Shown here in pieces: positions 18,933 through 28,290 of a stretch of 64,000 bases of DNA. Where the stretch lies: positions 1 to 64,000 of IMG/VR virus record IMGVR_UViG_3300050821_003950. One strand, given 5' to 3'. The translations under genes were made by a program, and so were the position numbers. The stretch is from a virus. The first letter of the stretch is position 1. Each line of letters begins with the position of its first letter. The notes below the pieces were generated by a model. It saw only the letters and a list, made by a program, of their open reading frames with translations. It was not told the DNA's origin and made no database searches.

Positions 18933-19222
18933 AACTTGGTCCCTTGCTACGAGAGTCGCGCCTCGCCGCGGGCCTTTCGCTCGCGACGACCGCGATGCGC
19001 GTGAAGTGCTCGCCGTCCTACCTCTGCCGAATCGAGCAAGGCGATCGATCGCGCCGGCCGTCGACGCGACTGCTCTCGCGGCTCGCGCTCGTGCTGAACA
19101 TCGACGCCGACGTGATCTTCGTCGCGGCCGAGCGTGTGCCGGCCGACCTCGTGAAGTTCATCTTGTCGACGCCCGAGGCGCTCGTGAGGCTGCGAAAGCT
19201 TCAACGTGCGGCGGCAGCATGA
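18929..19222 (+). CDS. XRE-family HTH transcriptional regulator
   Basis: LRESRLAAGLSL...SPSYLCRIEQG...PS...LSRLA. Confidence 0.85.
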   Translation: MKLGPLLRESRLAAGLSLATTAMRVKCSPSYLCRIEQGDRSRRPSTRLLSRLALVLNIDADVIFVAAERVPADLVKFILSTPEALVRLRKLQRAAAA

Positions 19223-19689
19223 GCGACAAGAAAGACGACGTCGGCGGCCGGTTCGTCGTCGTGCCCGTCGTGATGCTCGGCTGCGCGCCGTGCACGCCGG
19301 ATCCGAACAGTTCGACACCATCTTCGGGAAGAAGCAAGTCGTCGGCGAGGCGTAGCGTGAGCGCGTGGGACGATGCGAAAGCGCGCGCCGGGTGCGGCCG
19401 ACACGACGCCGACGTCGAGCTTCTGACGAGGCTGATCGATGATCACTGGCACGAGCTGCAAGAGTGGGAAGGGAACGCGTTCACCGACATGTTCGACGCG
19501 CTCGAAGCGGGTCAGGGCGAGCTAACCGACAAGCAACGATCGCGCGTGCGAGAAGCCGCCGAGCGTGTCGGCGCCACCATCGAATACGAGAACTTGATCA
19601 GCACGGGACAGGTACCGCGTGGGCGCGAGGTCGAGATGCTCGTGAAAGACAAACCTCTTCGACCGCCCACGAGAAAGCCTTCCGAATGA
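19219..19689 (+). CDS. hypothetical protein
   Basis: ATGA-coupled; alternative GTG start at 19357. Confidence 0.45.
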   Translation: MSDKKDDVGGRFVVVPVVMLGCAPCTPDPNSSTPSSGRSKSSARRSVSAWDDAKARAGCGRHDADVELLTRLIDDHWHELQEWEGNAFTDMFDALEAGQGELTDKQRSRVREAAERVGATIEYENLISTGQVPRGREVEMLVKDKPLRPPTRKPSE

Positions 19690-20240
19690 TCAAGATCGTT
19701 TGCCTCGATCCCGGGTTCTCAAGCATCGGCTACGCGCGCATGATCATTCCGCCGCGCGGGAGCGCGTGGGTCGAGATGTTCGGCGTGTTCCACACGTTCA
19801 AGAGCGACAAGAAGCAAAAGGTGCTCGCGACCGAGGACAATGCGAAGCGCACGATCGAGATCGCGACGTTTCTACGAAAGCTCGCGACGGGTGGCGAAGG
19901 TCGTGCGATCGCGATCGCGACCGAGGCGATGTCGTGGCCGCGTAACGCGAGCGTGAGCGCGAAAGTCGGGCTCGGGTGGGGCGCGATCTGTTCGCTCTCG
20001 GAAGCGTCGGGGCTCCCGCTGATGCAGACGTCGCCGAAGGATTTGAAACGCGCGCTCTGCGGTACGGGCAGCGCGACGAAGGAAGAAGTGCAAGAGGCCG
20101 TCGAGAAGCTCTATCCCGAGACGAAGACGATGCGCCGCGAGATCAAGGCGAGCGATTGGGAACATTGCTTCGACGCCGTCGCCGTCGGTCACGTCGCGCT
20201 CGGATCCGACGTCGTGAAGATGACTCGGCGGGCGGCATGA
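19686..20240 (+). CDS. RuvC-like Holliday junction resolvase
   Basis: IVCLDPGFSSIGYA, IATE, PKDLK...GTGSATKEEV, HCFDAVAV. Confidence 0.88.
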   Translation: MIKIVCLDPGFSSIGYARMIIPPRGSAWVEMFGVFHTFKSDKKQKVLATEDNAKRTIEIATFLRKLATGGEGRAIAIATEAMSWPRNASVSAKVGLGWGAICSLSEASGLPLMQTSPKDLKRALCGTGSATKEEVQEAVEKLYPETKTMRREIKASDWEHCFDAVAVGHVALGSDVVKMTRRAA

Positions 20241-20761
20241 GCGTCGCGATCCGAAAAGCGATCGACGAGGCGCTCGATAAGCTCGAACCTGACGCCGTGC
20301 TCGCGGTCGCGTGGCTCGCCGATCGGCTGCTCATGGGACAGCGCTACTACGGGAAGATCGACATCGCGACCGACCCGCGCGATTGGGTCACCGAGCGGCG
20401 CGACGAGATCGGCGACCTCTTGGTCTACTCGGCCTTCGAGGAACTGAAGCGCTCGCTCGCCGAGGCCGCCAAGAATCGACCGCCGCTCGACGACGTCGCG
20501 CCGGCTGACGCGTTGCCGGTCAAGTGTTCGTGGGCGTCGTGTCAGAAGTTCGCCTCGCGTGGCCGCTTCTGCGAGCCGCACGCGAAGCAAGCTGACGACG
20601 AGGCGCTCGCACGGTTCGCGCTCGGCTCCGAGGCTCCCACGCGGTCTACCGTGTCGATTCGCGGGCCGGTCACGTTCGGCTGCGAGTGCGTGCCGCGCGA
20701 GCTGCGCTCCGAGAAGGGCCTTCGCTGCGCGACGTGCTCGACGCTCGTGCGGATCGGCTAG
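20237..20761 (+). CDS. hypothetical protein (helical GxxxYG...DW...DExxDxxVY domain + Cys motifs)
   Basis: ATGA-coupled; possibly all-alpha NTP-pyrophosphatase-like (weak). Confidence 0.5.
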   Translation: MSVAIRKAIDEALDKLEPDAVLAVAWLADRLLMGQRYYGKIDIATDPRDWVTERRDEIGDLLVYSAFEELKRSLAEAAKNRPPLDDVAPADALPVKCSWASCQKFASRGRFCEPHAKQADDEALARFALGSEAPTRSTVSIRGPVTFGCECVPRELRSEKGLRCATCSTLVRIG

Positions 20762-20794
20762 CTTCGAGTTGTAGGTCGACTTACAATGATCGGC

Positions 20795-21484
20795 ATGACC
20801 GCGGACACCGAAGACCTACTTCGACTTTGGCGCGGCGGCGCGACGAGTACAACGTCAGTCGAGTCAAAGCCGCGAAAGCGTGGGAGTAAGAACCCGTTGA
20901 TCGATTGGACGCTCGCGGAGCGTCTCTACGTCGAGGGTGAGCTTGAAGGTGAGGCCGAGCACACCCGTCGTGTCTACCCTACGCGTGCAACGATCGCGCG
21001 CCGCGCGGGAACGACACAAGCGTCGCTCGATCAGTACGTGCGCGCGCATAAGTGGTTCGACAAGAGAGAGGAATTTCAGAAGGTCAATGCGATCATACCA
21101 GTCGTCGCAGCGGCGCCCTCGACGACTGGCGCGCTCCGAGCTGCGCGTCGTAAGCCGGCCGCGCGGACCCGAGGGGAAGCCGAGGGGATCCTCGTGGCCT
21201 ACATCGACCTATTCGCCGAGGCGGTCGAGAAGCGAACACTGAAGCACGAGAGCGTTCACGACCTCGACAAAGCCGTGCGCCTACTCGCCTACGTGCGGGG
21301 GCAAGCCGAGAGCATCAAAGCCACGCACGCGACCGTGACGCTCGACGTGATGATGCAACGCCACGCCGGACAGCGGGCCGCAGCGCATGCGCGCATCGAC
21401 GACGAGGTCGCGGGCGTACTCACGCAAGGCGACGTCGTAGACGCCGTGGGCGTGCCCGTGGAGGAGCCCGAGACCGCGGCGTGA
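20795..21484 (+). CDS. putative terminase small subunit (N-terminal HTH)
   Basis: IDWTLAERLYVEG...TIARRAG...KW..KR pattern typical of TerS N-termini; helical C-terminal half. Confidence 0.5.
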   Translation: MTADTEDLLRLWRGGATSTTSVESKPRKRGSKNPLIDWTLAERLYVEGELEGEAEHTRRVYPTRATIARRAGTTQASLDQYVRAHKWFDKREEFQKVNAIIPVVAAAPSTTGALRAARRKPAARTRGEAEGILVAYIDLFAEAVEKRTLKHESVHDLDKAVRLLAYVRGQAESIKATHATVTLDVMMQRHAGQRAAAHARIDDEVAGVLTQGDVVDAVGVPVEEPETAA

Positions 21485-21791
21485 GCTTCCGCTACCGTGG
21501 GGAAGCGGTAACTCGTCGAGGGGTGGGCTAGTGAAGTCGCGAGGTTGCGAGGGGCTCGGGGGGTGTGCGGCGGGACAACTCTTTCCGCTTTCGTAGGCCC
21601 CGCCCTCGACAAGCTGCTCGCCGCGAGGGGCTCAGGTGTTCGAGGGGGCTGTTCGAGGTGCCTCGGGATGCCGGCGCCTACGTCGAGGCCTACGTCGAGG
21701 GGGCCGATGGGGGTACCCCTACGACACGATTTTCGGGTCGAGCCGGCCGCTGCTACTTGCCCGAGAAATTCGCGGCGGCGCGGCGTAACAC

Positions 21792-21820
21792 TTGACGATG
21801 TCAGACGCGACGAGTACACG
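21792..21820 (+). promoter_or_regulatory. sigma70-like promoter for RHH operon
   Basis: TTGACG-17 nt-TACACG just upstream of ATG 21828; overlapping TGAC-gat-GTCA inverted repeat. Confidence 0.45.
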
Positions 21821-21827
21821 TCGGACT

Positions 21828-22028
21828 ATGGTGGCAAAGCAACAGACAACGAAGCGACGGCCGCCCCCCGAGGGGCTCCCCCGAGTCATCTTCGTGCGCG
21901 TGAACGACGACCTGATCGCGCGCCTCGATGCCTACGCTGAGGTCGAGACGAAGAAGCTCCACGGTCGGATCGTCACTCGCAGTGACGCGGTTCGCGAGCT
22001 GCTCTACACGGCGCTCGCGCTCACATGA
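21828..22028 (+). CDS. ribbon-helix-helix regulator
   Basis: VIFVRVNDDLIARLDAYA...TRSDAVRELL. Confidence 0.8.
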   Translation: MVAKQQTTKRRPPPEGLPRVIFVRVNDDLIARLDAYAEVETKKLHGRIVTRSDAVRELLYTALALT

Positions 22029-22639
22029 CCGTTCACTTGCTGCATGAGGGCCGCACGCTCTGCGGTTCGCCGTCGGGGATCCCGAAAGACTGGCCCGACG
22101 GTCACCGTTGGATGTCGATCGCCGAGCACAAGATGATGCTCGACAAGGCCGGCGCCTCCCGCGTGGACTGCGACTCGTGCCTCTTCGTTGCCTTCGGCTG
22201 CAAGCGCACGTGTGAAGGCGGGCGCGGCACGTGCGAGTGCACTGCGCCCGGCGAGTGCAAGGTGCTCGATCTCGAAGGCGGCGCGAAGGTGTTCAACGTC
22301 GAGGCGGTCATGCGCGATCGACGCGCGCGACTCTCTGAGAAGTTCCACGAGGCGGGGATTCGCTCTCCGCTGTTCCCGACGATGCACGACGAGCTGCTCG
22401 CGAACGTGCGCGTGGAGCGACGTCCGCGCGATGAGGATCTCGCATCGTGGTTCCGGGGCGTCTTGAGTTCGGCCGTCGAGTGTCCCATCCCCGAGGTGAC
22501 GCTCGTGCAGCACGACGCGAGCGGCAAAGAGACTGCCCGCTATCGGCTGACGAATGTGACCGGGCTTCCGAGCCGACTCTTCGACGAGAACGTGGTCATC
22601 GAGGCCGACGAGGTCGCGGTCGTGGAGAAGAAGCCGTGA
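22025..22639 (+). CDS. hypothetical protein with Cys-rich N-terminus and tail-tube (gp19)-like C-terminal segment
   Basis: LASWF...EVTLVQHDASGKETARYRLTNV...IEADEVAV. Confidence 0.45.
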   Translation: MTVHLLHEGRTLCGSPSGIPKDWPDGHRWMSIAEHKMMLDKAGASRVDCDSCLFVAFGCKRTCEGGRGTCECTAPGECKVLDLEGGAKVFNVEAVMRDRRARLSEKFHEAGIRSPLFPTMHDELLANVRVERRPRDEDLASWFRGVLSSAVECPIPEVTLVQHDASGKETARYRLTNVTGLPSRLFDENVVIEADEVAVVEKKP

Positions 22640-23355
22640 CCGACGCGGTTCTCGAAACGACTTGCGCGCATTTCGTCCGCGCCTTCGGCGCCGTCGCCTT
22701 CGCGATGAGCGACGACGAGACGCGGCTCCCCTACTACGCGGTGAACGTCACGGCCGACTCGATGAGGACGATGCTCGAAGCGACGAACGGCCACGTCTTC
22801 GCCCGCTGGACGATCTGCGAGGGCATCGAACAGAAGGACTTCGATCGCAGCGGGACCGAGCCGGGGAGCCGTTGGATTCAGGGCGGCCGGGGAGCGCAGT
22901 TCATGATCCCCGCCCCCGCGGTCCGCAAGGCGATCAGCGCGGCGCGCCGATGGGGCGGGCCGATCGTGGACGTCTTCGAGGGCGAGATCGGGATCCCGGG
23001 CATGATGGCCGCGACGGGTTCGATCACGTGGGACCCGCCGATGTATTCCGAGAGCACGATCGGCGGCAAGGTCTTCCCCGCGAAGCGCGTCGAGTTTCCC
23101 TACTCGCTCCGTCTCTGGCCCGACCCGAACCGCGCGCCCGAGCAAGAGGTTCCGCTCTCGACCGAGTACATGGTCAAGGTCGCGCAGGCGTTCAAGCACG
23201 CCTATGAGCGGCCGAAGAAGAAGCACAAGCGCGAGAGCGCGGCGCCGACGTGGCCGACGATCGAGATGAACTACGGCGCGGCGCTCGACCCGATCGTCTT
23301 CCGAAGCCACGACGTGCCCGCCCTAACCTTCCTCGTGATGCCGTGTCGGAAGTGA
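22636..23355 (+). CDS. DNA polymerase III beta-clamp-like protein (truncated)
   Basis: VAFAMSDDETR, LEATNGH, FP, LTFLVMPCR correspond to the second and third domains of DnaN. Confidence 0.7.
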   Translation: MTDAVLETTCAHFVRAFGAVAFAMSDDETRLPYYAVNVTADSMRTMLEATNGHVFARWTICEGIEQKDFDRSGTEPGSRWIQGGRGAQFMIPAPAVRKAISAARRWGGPIVDVFEGEIGIPGMMAATGSITWDPPMYSESTIGGKVFPAKRVEFPYSLRLWPDPNRAPEQEVPLSTEYMVKVAQAFKHAYERPKKKHKRESAAPTWPTIEMNYGAALDPIVFRSHDVPALTFLVMPCRK

Positions 23356-23371
23356 TGAGGGAGAGACGACG

Positions 23372-23572
23372 ATGATTCAGGTTCGAGAGCTGCGAGTCGT
23401 GAGGAAGTCGGACGGCGAGGTCGTGCACCGCGTGAAGCTCGCCGCGGGCAAGAGCGAGAGCCAAGTCGCGCGCTGCAAGCGCGGCATGGAGATCAACCTC
23501 GACACGAAGCACTACAAGATCGTCGACAGCGCCGACGTCGAGGCCGAGGCGCGGCGAGCGGGCGCGCGATGA
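23372..23572 (+). CDS. hypothetical protein
   Basis: GGAG RBS; coupled to next ORF. Confidence 0.55.
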   Translation: MIQVRELRVVRKSDGEVVHRVKLAAGKSESQVARCKRGMEINLDTKHYKIVDSADVEAEARRAGAR

Positions 23573-23835
23573 CGCAGCGGCAGAAGACGCGCCCGAGCAA
23601 GGCGACCGTCGAGACGTTCAAGAAGGACGTCGACGGCGCGCTCGACAAGACGAACTTCCGCGATTTCGCGCGGCGCACGATCGACAGCTACGCCGCGAAG
23701 GGGATGCTCCTCGATGCGATCTTGTGGGGTCAGATCATCGGCCACTACGAGAACGCTCTCGACGAAGGCTGTCCCGAATGCAGCGCGCAAGAGGAAGCGG
23801 CCCGAGCGATCGCGAAGCGAGACAAGAGGCCATGA
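23569..23835 (+). CDS. hypothetical protein
   Basis: ATGA-coupled. Confidence 0.55.
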   Translation: MTQRQKTRPSKATVETFKKDVDGALDKTNFRDFARRTIDSYAAKGMLLDAILWGQIIGHYENALDEGCPECSAQEEAARAIAKRDKRP

Positions 23836-24939
23836 GCGAAGCGCGCCGGGCTCTGCTCCTCCGAGCGGCCGACCTCTACGCCTACGAGTCGAGTCGCGCG
23901 TTCCTCTTGCGCGTCAAGCTCGTCGGATGGAAGCCGGCCTTCTGCGGTCTCTGCGACGACTGGACCGATCAGTCGCTCATGGCGTTCGGCCTTCAGGCGT
24001 GGACGTCGGTGCGCGAGAAGTACACGAGGAAGCACGGCGTCGCTCCCGACTTGCAGCACATGCAGGACGGGATCGTCATGGGCACGCGCGAAATCTACAA
24101 GTCGTCGAGCGGCAGCAAGCGCGAGGCCGCGGTGACGCTCTCGCTCTTCGCGATCACGTGGGCGTCGCACGCGTTTCAGAAGATCATCACGAGCCACACC
24201 TACGCGAGCGCGCTCATGTGCTCCGACGCGCCGCGCGAGGTGCTCGCCGACATGGAAGTGCCGTGGCTCGCGTTCGAGGTCGTGATCCCGAATGGGATCC
24301 TGACGTTCGGGAAGGTCGACTACACGCGCGCGCTCGTGACGCTGCTCCCCGAGCCCGTCTTAGGTCTCGACGGCGGCGACGATGACACGCGCGACCCGGC
24401 CTACTTGGCGTGCGGCGCGACGCTCGTGCTCTACGACCCGCTCGGCTGGCCCGAGCGAGGACGGGCGGATCGTCGTGCACCGCAACCGCTCGCTCGTCGA
24501 CCTTCTCTTCGAGGAACCGGACGAGTGGCTCGGGCACGTCGTGAACAACCCGCCCCCGCGTTCGACGAAGTGCCTCGTGCTCGCGAAGCGACTGATCGCC
24601 GGGCTCATCCTCTCGATGAGCAACGCGGACAACTTCAAGAGCCGCTCGGTCCCCGCGCGCAACGGGACGAAGAAGCGCGAGGCGGGCGTCGAGCCCGCGC
24701 ACCGCGTGACCATGATCGGGCGGCCGATCTCGATCGACTGCCGCGCGAGCGTCCGCACGTACCTCGAAGGCACGTCGAAGAAGCACGCCCCGCCGAGCGT
24801 GCAGACTCTCGTTCGAGGGCATCACAAGCGGCAAGTGATCGGCGTCGGCCGGCGCAACCGCAAAGTGATCTGGGTCGAGCCCTACTGGCGCGGTCCCGAG
24901 GACGCGCCCATCCTCACGAAGCCGAAGAGGGTCGCGTGA
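23832..24939 (+). pseudogene. frameshifted phage protein with C-terminal VRGHHKRQ..G.GR..RK.IW.EPYWRG motif
   Basis: Coding-like frame from ATG 23832 degrades after LYDPL (~24445); the +1 frame continues GPSEDGRIVV... to the conserved-looking C-terminal motif and stop at 24939. Confidence 0.6.
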
Positions 24940-25151
24940 GACGCGCCGCGCTCTACCTGATGCTGCTCGCGACCGCCTGCGCGCAGCGCCCCCCGGTGCC
25001 GCCGCAAGAGCCGCTCGCGTCGCTCTGCGCGTGCCGAGCGATCTGCGCGCCCGACGGCTACGTGTGGACGCTCGTGTGGATGGGACCGACCGACGGGGGA
25101 CGGTGTACGTGCTCGCGACTGTCATACGTAAGAGGAGCCAATGACGACTAA
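24936..25151 (+). CDS. small Cys-rich lipoprotein
   Basis: RRAALYLMLLATAC lipobox; CACRAIC...CTC. Confidence 0.55.
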   Translation: MRRAALYLMLLATACAQRPPVPPQEPLASLCACRAICAPDGYVWTLVWMGPTDGGRCTCSRLSYVRGANDD

Positions 25152-25716
25152 AGAGGAAACTCGGTTCAACTGGCGGGCGACGCTGATGCAGCTCTCGACT
25201 TTGCCTATGTCACCATCGTCACTCAAAGCTCGCCTCGTCAATTCTCTCGCGGAATACATCGAGGGCCTCGAACGGAGCCTCGCGAGCCGCGAGCGCGTCA
25301 TCGACAGCGTCGAGCGCGCGGTGAAGAAAGAGGCAACTCGGGTTCGCGAGGTCACGGCGCGGTTCCACGTCGGGCACGGGCTCGACATCGAGGTCGAGCG
25401 CGAGGACACCGCATGGTTCGAGGACATCGCCTCGCGCGCGCAGAGGGGCCGCGTGCGCCTCGGCCTTCGGCCGAAGCCGCAGCCCGAGAAGTTCGACGTC
25501 ATCTTCGTCGGCTTCGAGGACGTAAAGCCGAGCGAGGAAGACCTCAAGCCCGGCGACTGGATCGGGACGGTGCACCTCGAAGGTTTCGACGGCGTGCAGC
25601 CCGCGGCGCGGTTCCTTGTGCTCTCCGAACAGCGGATCGGGCCGAAGGACGGTCACCTCTGTTCGGAGGTCACGGGCATCGACAAGGATCCTCTCGCGCA
25701 CGAGAGCCGCGGATGA
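25141..25716 (+). CDS. hypothetical protein
   Basis: AGGAG RBS before ATG. Confidence 0.6.
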   Translation: MTTKEETRFNWRATLMQLSTLPMSPSSLKARLVNSLAEYIEGLERSLASRERVIDSVERAVKKEATRVREVTARFHVGHGLDIEVEREDTAWFEDIASRAQRGRVRLGLRPKPQPEKFDVIFVGFEDVKPSEEDLKPGDWIGTVHLEGFDGVQPAARFLVLSEQRIGPKDGHLCSEVTGIDKDPLAHESRG

Positions 25717-25922
25717 GGCGCCAAGAATTTCGCAACGCGGGCTCGGGAGCCTACATCCTCGTCTACCAACGACCGGGCGAGCAACCGATGCTCGACTTCA
25801 ACTTCTTCGACGGCGATCGCGAGGTCGACGAGGCGAAGAAACTCGGCGAGCTGGTCGAGCGCGCTCTCGTGCAGGTCGAGGCGTGGCGAAACAATCCAGA
25901 AACAAAGGAAAAGAACCCATGA
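25713..25922 (+). CDS. hypothetical protein
   Basis: ATGA-coupled on both sides. Confidence 0.5.
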   Translation: MRRQEFRNAGSGAYILVYQRPGEQPMLDFNFFDGDREVDEAKKLGELVERALVQVEAWRNNPETKEKNP

Positions 25923-26272
25923 GTCCGAGAGCGAGCGCGATGCAGGTCTTCCACGTCTACAGGTTCACCACGACCGTCAACGGCGCGAGCGTCCCCGGCG
26001 AGTCGTTTCGATGGGAGGGGCGCGATCTGATCTTCACGCGAGCGATGGCACCCGATCGTCCGCAGCTCATCGACGAGGTCAAGAAGATGGGCACGGTCGA
26101 CATCCGCGTGGCTCTCATCTCGCGGTGCGACGACGGGACGAAGGCGGCAGAATGGAAGCTCAAGTTCTCGCGCGTCGTGAATCGAGGCTTCGATTTTCTG
26201 CACTCGGCGAAGGACGACATCGTTCGCGAGGCGGTCGCGTTCCTCGATGCCGAGATGGTGAAGGCGTCATGA
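25919..26272 (+). CDS. hypothetical protein (weak tail-tube-like beta motif)
   Basis: VALISRCDDGTKAAEWKLKF; ATGA-coupled. Confidence 0.5.
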   Translation: MSPRASAMQVFHVYRFTTTVNGASVPGESFRWEGRDLIFTRAMAPDRPQLIDEVKKMGTVDIRVALISRCDDGTKAAEWKLKFSRVVNRGFDFLHSAKDDIVREAVAFLDAEMVKAS

Positions 26273-27249
26273 GCAACACTTCCACGATCCCCGCCCCCGA
26301 GGCGCCCCCCGACGTCGAGTTCGAGATGCGCGTGCTCACGGACGGCAAGGTCGGGCTCCGCGTGCCCGACGCGAACGAGGCCGCGATCAAGTGGGTCCGC
26401 GGGATGCTCTCGTGGCTCAAGGCCGACGACCCGCCCGAGAAGATCACGCTCCGCAAGCTCGGCGTCGGGCCGACCGGGGGGATACAGGTCTTCCCGCTCG
26501 GCGTGATGCAGGAAGCGCACAAGGGCGATCTCGTGCTCGAAGGGATCGACTGTCTGCACGAGGGACAGCCCGGGGATGGTCACTGGTACGTGACGCTCAA
26601 GGTGCGGAGCGCGACGACGTACAAGGGCGACGCCGCGCCCGATTCGACGGCCGACCTCACGCCCGCCGAGGCGGCGAACGATACGCACGCGTGTCCGAAC
26701 TGCGGGTGGCCGCGCTCGGCGCCGACGGTGAAGGATCTGCTCGCGGCGATCGCCGACGGACGGATCTTGGCGTTCTCGAAGTCGACGCCGCGCGGAGTGG
26801 CGATCACCTTCCGCGATTCGCTCGACGCGCCGACGGAGCAAGTCACCGTCCACGCGAAGGACGACAAGGACTCGCCCGCGGCTCCCCCGCCCCCGATCCC
26901 ACCCTCGCCCGCGAAGCGTGCGCCCGGGGCACGCCGGCCGCTACTCGTGTCGCCGACCATCACGACGAAGCCCGAAGAGGTGTCCGAGAACAGCCTACGC
27001 GTGCAGCTCGTCTCGATTCTGACCGAGGAGTACGAGCGCCCGGCGACGGCCGAGACGTTCAAAGAGCGGATCTTCGCTCGCATTCTCGCGCTCGTCGATC
27101 CGGTCTCGGCGTCGAAGGCGCAAGCGCACATGAAAGCCGACTGGTTCGTCGGTCAGTGCTTGAAGGTGTTCGACCGGAAGAGGATGGACAGGCAAGACAT
27201 CGTCGACCTCGTCGACTCGATTGCGACCGGGAAGGGCATGCGCGGCTAG
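26269..27249 (+). CDS. hypothetical protein
   Basis: ATGA-coupled; CPNC motif and Pro-rich linker. Confidence 0.6.
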   Translation: MSNTSTIPAPEAPPDVEFEMRVLTDGKVGLRVPDANEAAIKWVRGMLSWLKADDPPEKITLRKLGVGPTGGIQVFPLGVMQEAHKGDLVLEGIDCLHEGQPGDGHWYVTLKVRSATTYKGDAAPDSTADLTPAEAANDTHACPNCGWPRSAPTVKDLLAAIADGRILAFSKSTPRGVAITFRDSLDAPTEQVTVHAKDDKDSPAAPPPPIPPSPAKRAPGARRPLLVSPTITTKPEEVSENSLRVQLVSILTEEYERPATAETFKERIFARILALVDPVSASKAQAHMKADWFVGQCLKVFDRKRMDRQDIVDLVDSIATGKGMRG

Positions 27250-27287
27250 TCCCGAAAGTGCGCGCGATTCAGAGGAGGACGAGGGCG

Positions 27288-27656
27288 ATGCCGCTAGAAC
27301 ACTGCACCTGTGGAACGACTCGGCACAAGACGGGAGGTGTCTACGAATGTCTTGGCCTGGACGGGCTTGCGCACAGGGTGACGTGCTGGTCTATCTCCGG
27401 CGACGACATCCTTCCGTGTAACGAATGCGGCGAGTGGAAACCGCGCGCCACGGGTCATACCGGATGGGACTGCGTTCGCTTTCTGCGTAAGGATCGAGAC
27501 CGCGCCGTCGAGCTGATTCGCGGGCTCAATCCGCGAGCCCGGTTCAGGATGAACCCGGCAATCACCAGCATCACCGCAGCTGCGCACTACCTAGACGAGG
27601 TGGATGCGCGCAAAGGTGTGAAGCCGCCACCGAAGAAGTCGAAGATCGGCGCGTGA
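27288..27656 (+). CDS. Cys-rich hypothetical protein (cassette 1)
   Basis: AGGAGG RBS in repeat; lower GC. Confidence 0.65.
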   Translation: MPLEHCTCGTTRHKTGGVYECLGLDGLAHRVTCWSISGDDILPCNECGEWKPRATGHTGWDCVRFLRKDRDRAVELIRGLNPRARFRMNPAITSITAAAHYLDEVDARKGVKPPPKKSKIGA

Positions 27657-27685
27657 CCGTGCGCGCGATTCAGAGGAGGTAGCCG

Positions 27686-27898
27686 ATGAGCTACGGAGAG
27701 TCAGGACCTTGGGGCGTGTGGATCACCAAGGACGGGGAAGGCCGCTGGTATGAACACCATTGCGGAGGAGCGAATCCGTATGAGGAGGATCACGCGCGTG
27801 CGCTCGCAGACACCCTCAACCGTGCCGGAACGATCGGTAAGTGCGAGGCTCGACCGCTTGTGTGGTCGCAGTCGAAAAACGGGTTCGTGGCGCGCTGA
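27686..27898 (+). CDS. hypothetical protein (cassette 2)
   Basis: AGGAGG RBS in repeat; lower GC. Confidence 0.65.
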   Translation: MSYGESGPWGVWITKDGEGRWYEHHCGGANPYEEDHARALADTLNRAGTIGKCEARPLVWSQSKNGFVAR

Positions 27899-27939
27899 GC
27901 GTGCGCGCGATTCAGACCAACACGAAGGAGAGGTGACAC

Positions 27940-28176
27940 ATGGGACCAGGAAGAGAAGAGTACGTGATGCTTTCGTCGGCGATCATCTTGGCCGGGATCC
28001 CGGCCAGCGTGGACGACAAGATCGCAGTGAAGAAAGCCGTCGACCGAGCGAAGCTGCTCGCCGATAGGTTGAACGTCCCCGAGGACCCGTATGAGGAGCG
28101 GCAGCGTCGCGACGAGGCGCGCCGGCAGAGCGAGCGCAACACCGAGCCCGGCAAGCCGATCGTCCCCCCGGCATGA
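27940..28176 (+). CDS. hypothetical protein
   Basis: GGAGAGGTG RBS after third repeat. Confidence 0.6.
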   Translation: MGPGREEYVMLSSAIILAGIPASVDDKIAVKKAVDRAKLLADRLNVPEDPYEERQRRDEARRQSERNTEPGKPIVPPA

Positions 28177-28290
28177 GCAACGTCTCGCCCTACTGCCCGT
28201 TCTGCGCGCGCACGCTCGGCTCGAACAAGCTCTGCCGCAACTGTCTACGTTTCGCGCAGGCGGTCGCGAGCGCGCCGACCTTCGCGCAGC

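Larger units (their letters stand above)
27258..27915 (+). repeat. three intergenic direct repeats GTGCGCGCGATTCAG(AGGAGG)
   Basis: 21-bp identical copies at 27258-27278 and 27659-27679; 15-bp copy at 27901-27915; each follows a stop codon. Confidence 0.9.

Noticed and set aside
27258-27915. CRISPR array
   Set aside because: Only three repeats, with 'spacers' of 220-380 bp that are whole ORFs; no cas operon (the Cas4-like nuclease is a common phage recombination gene)
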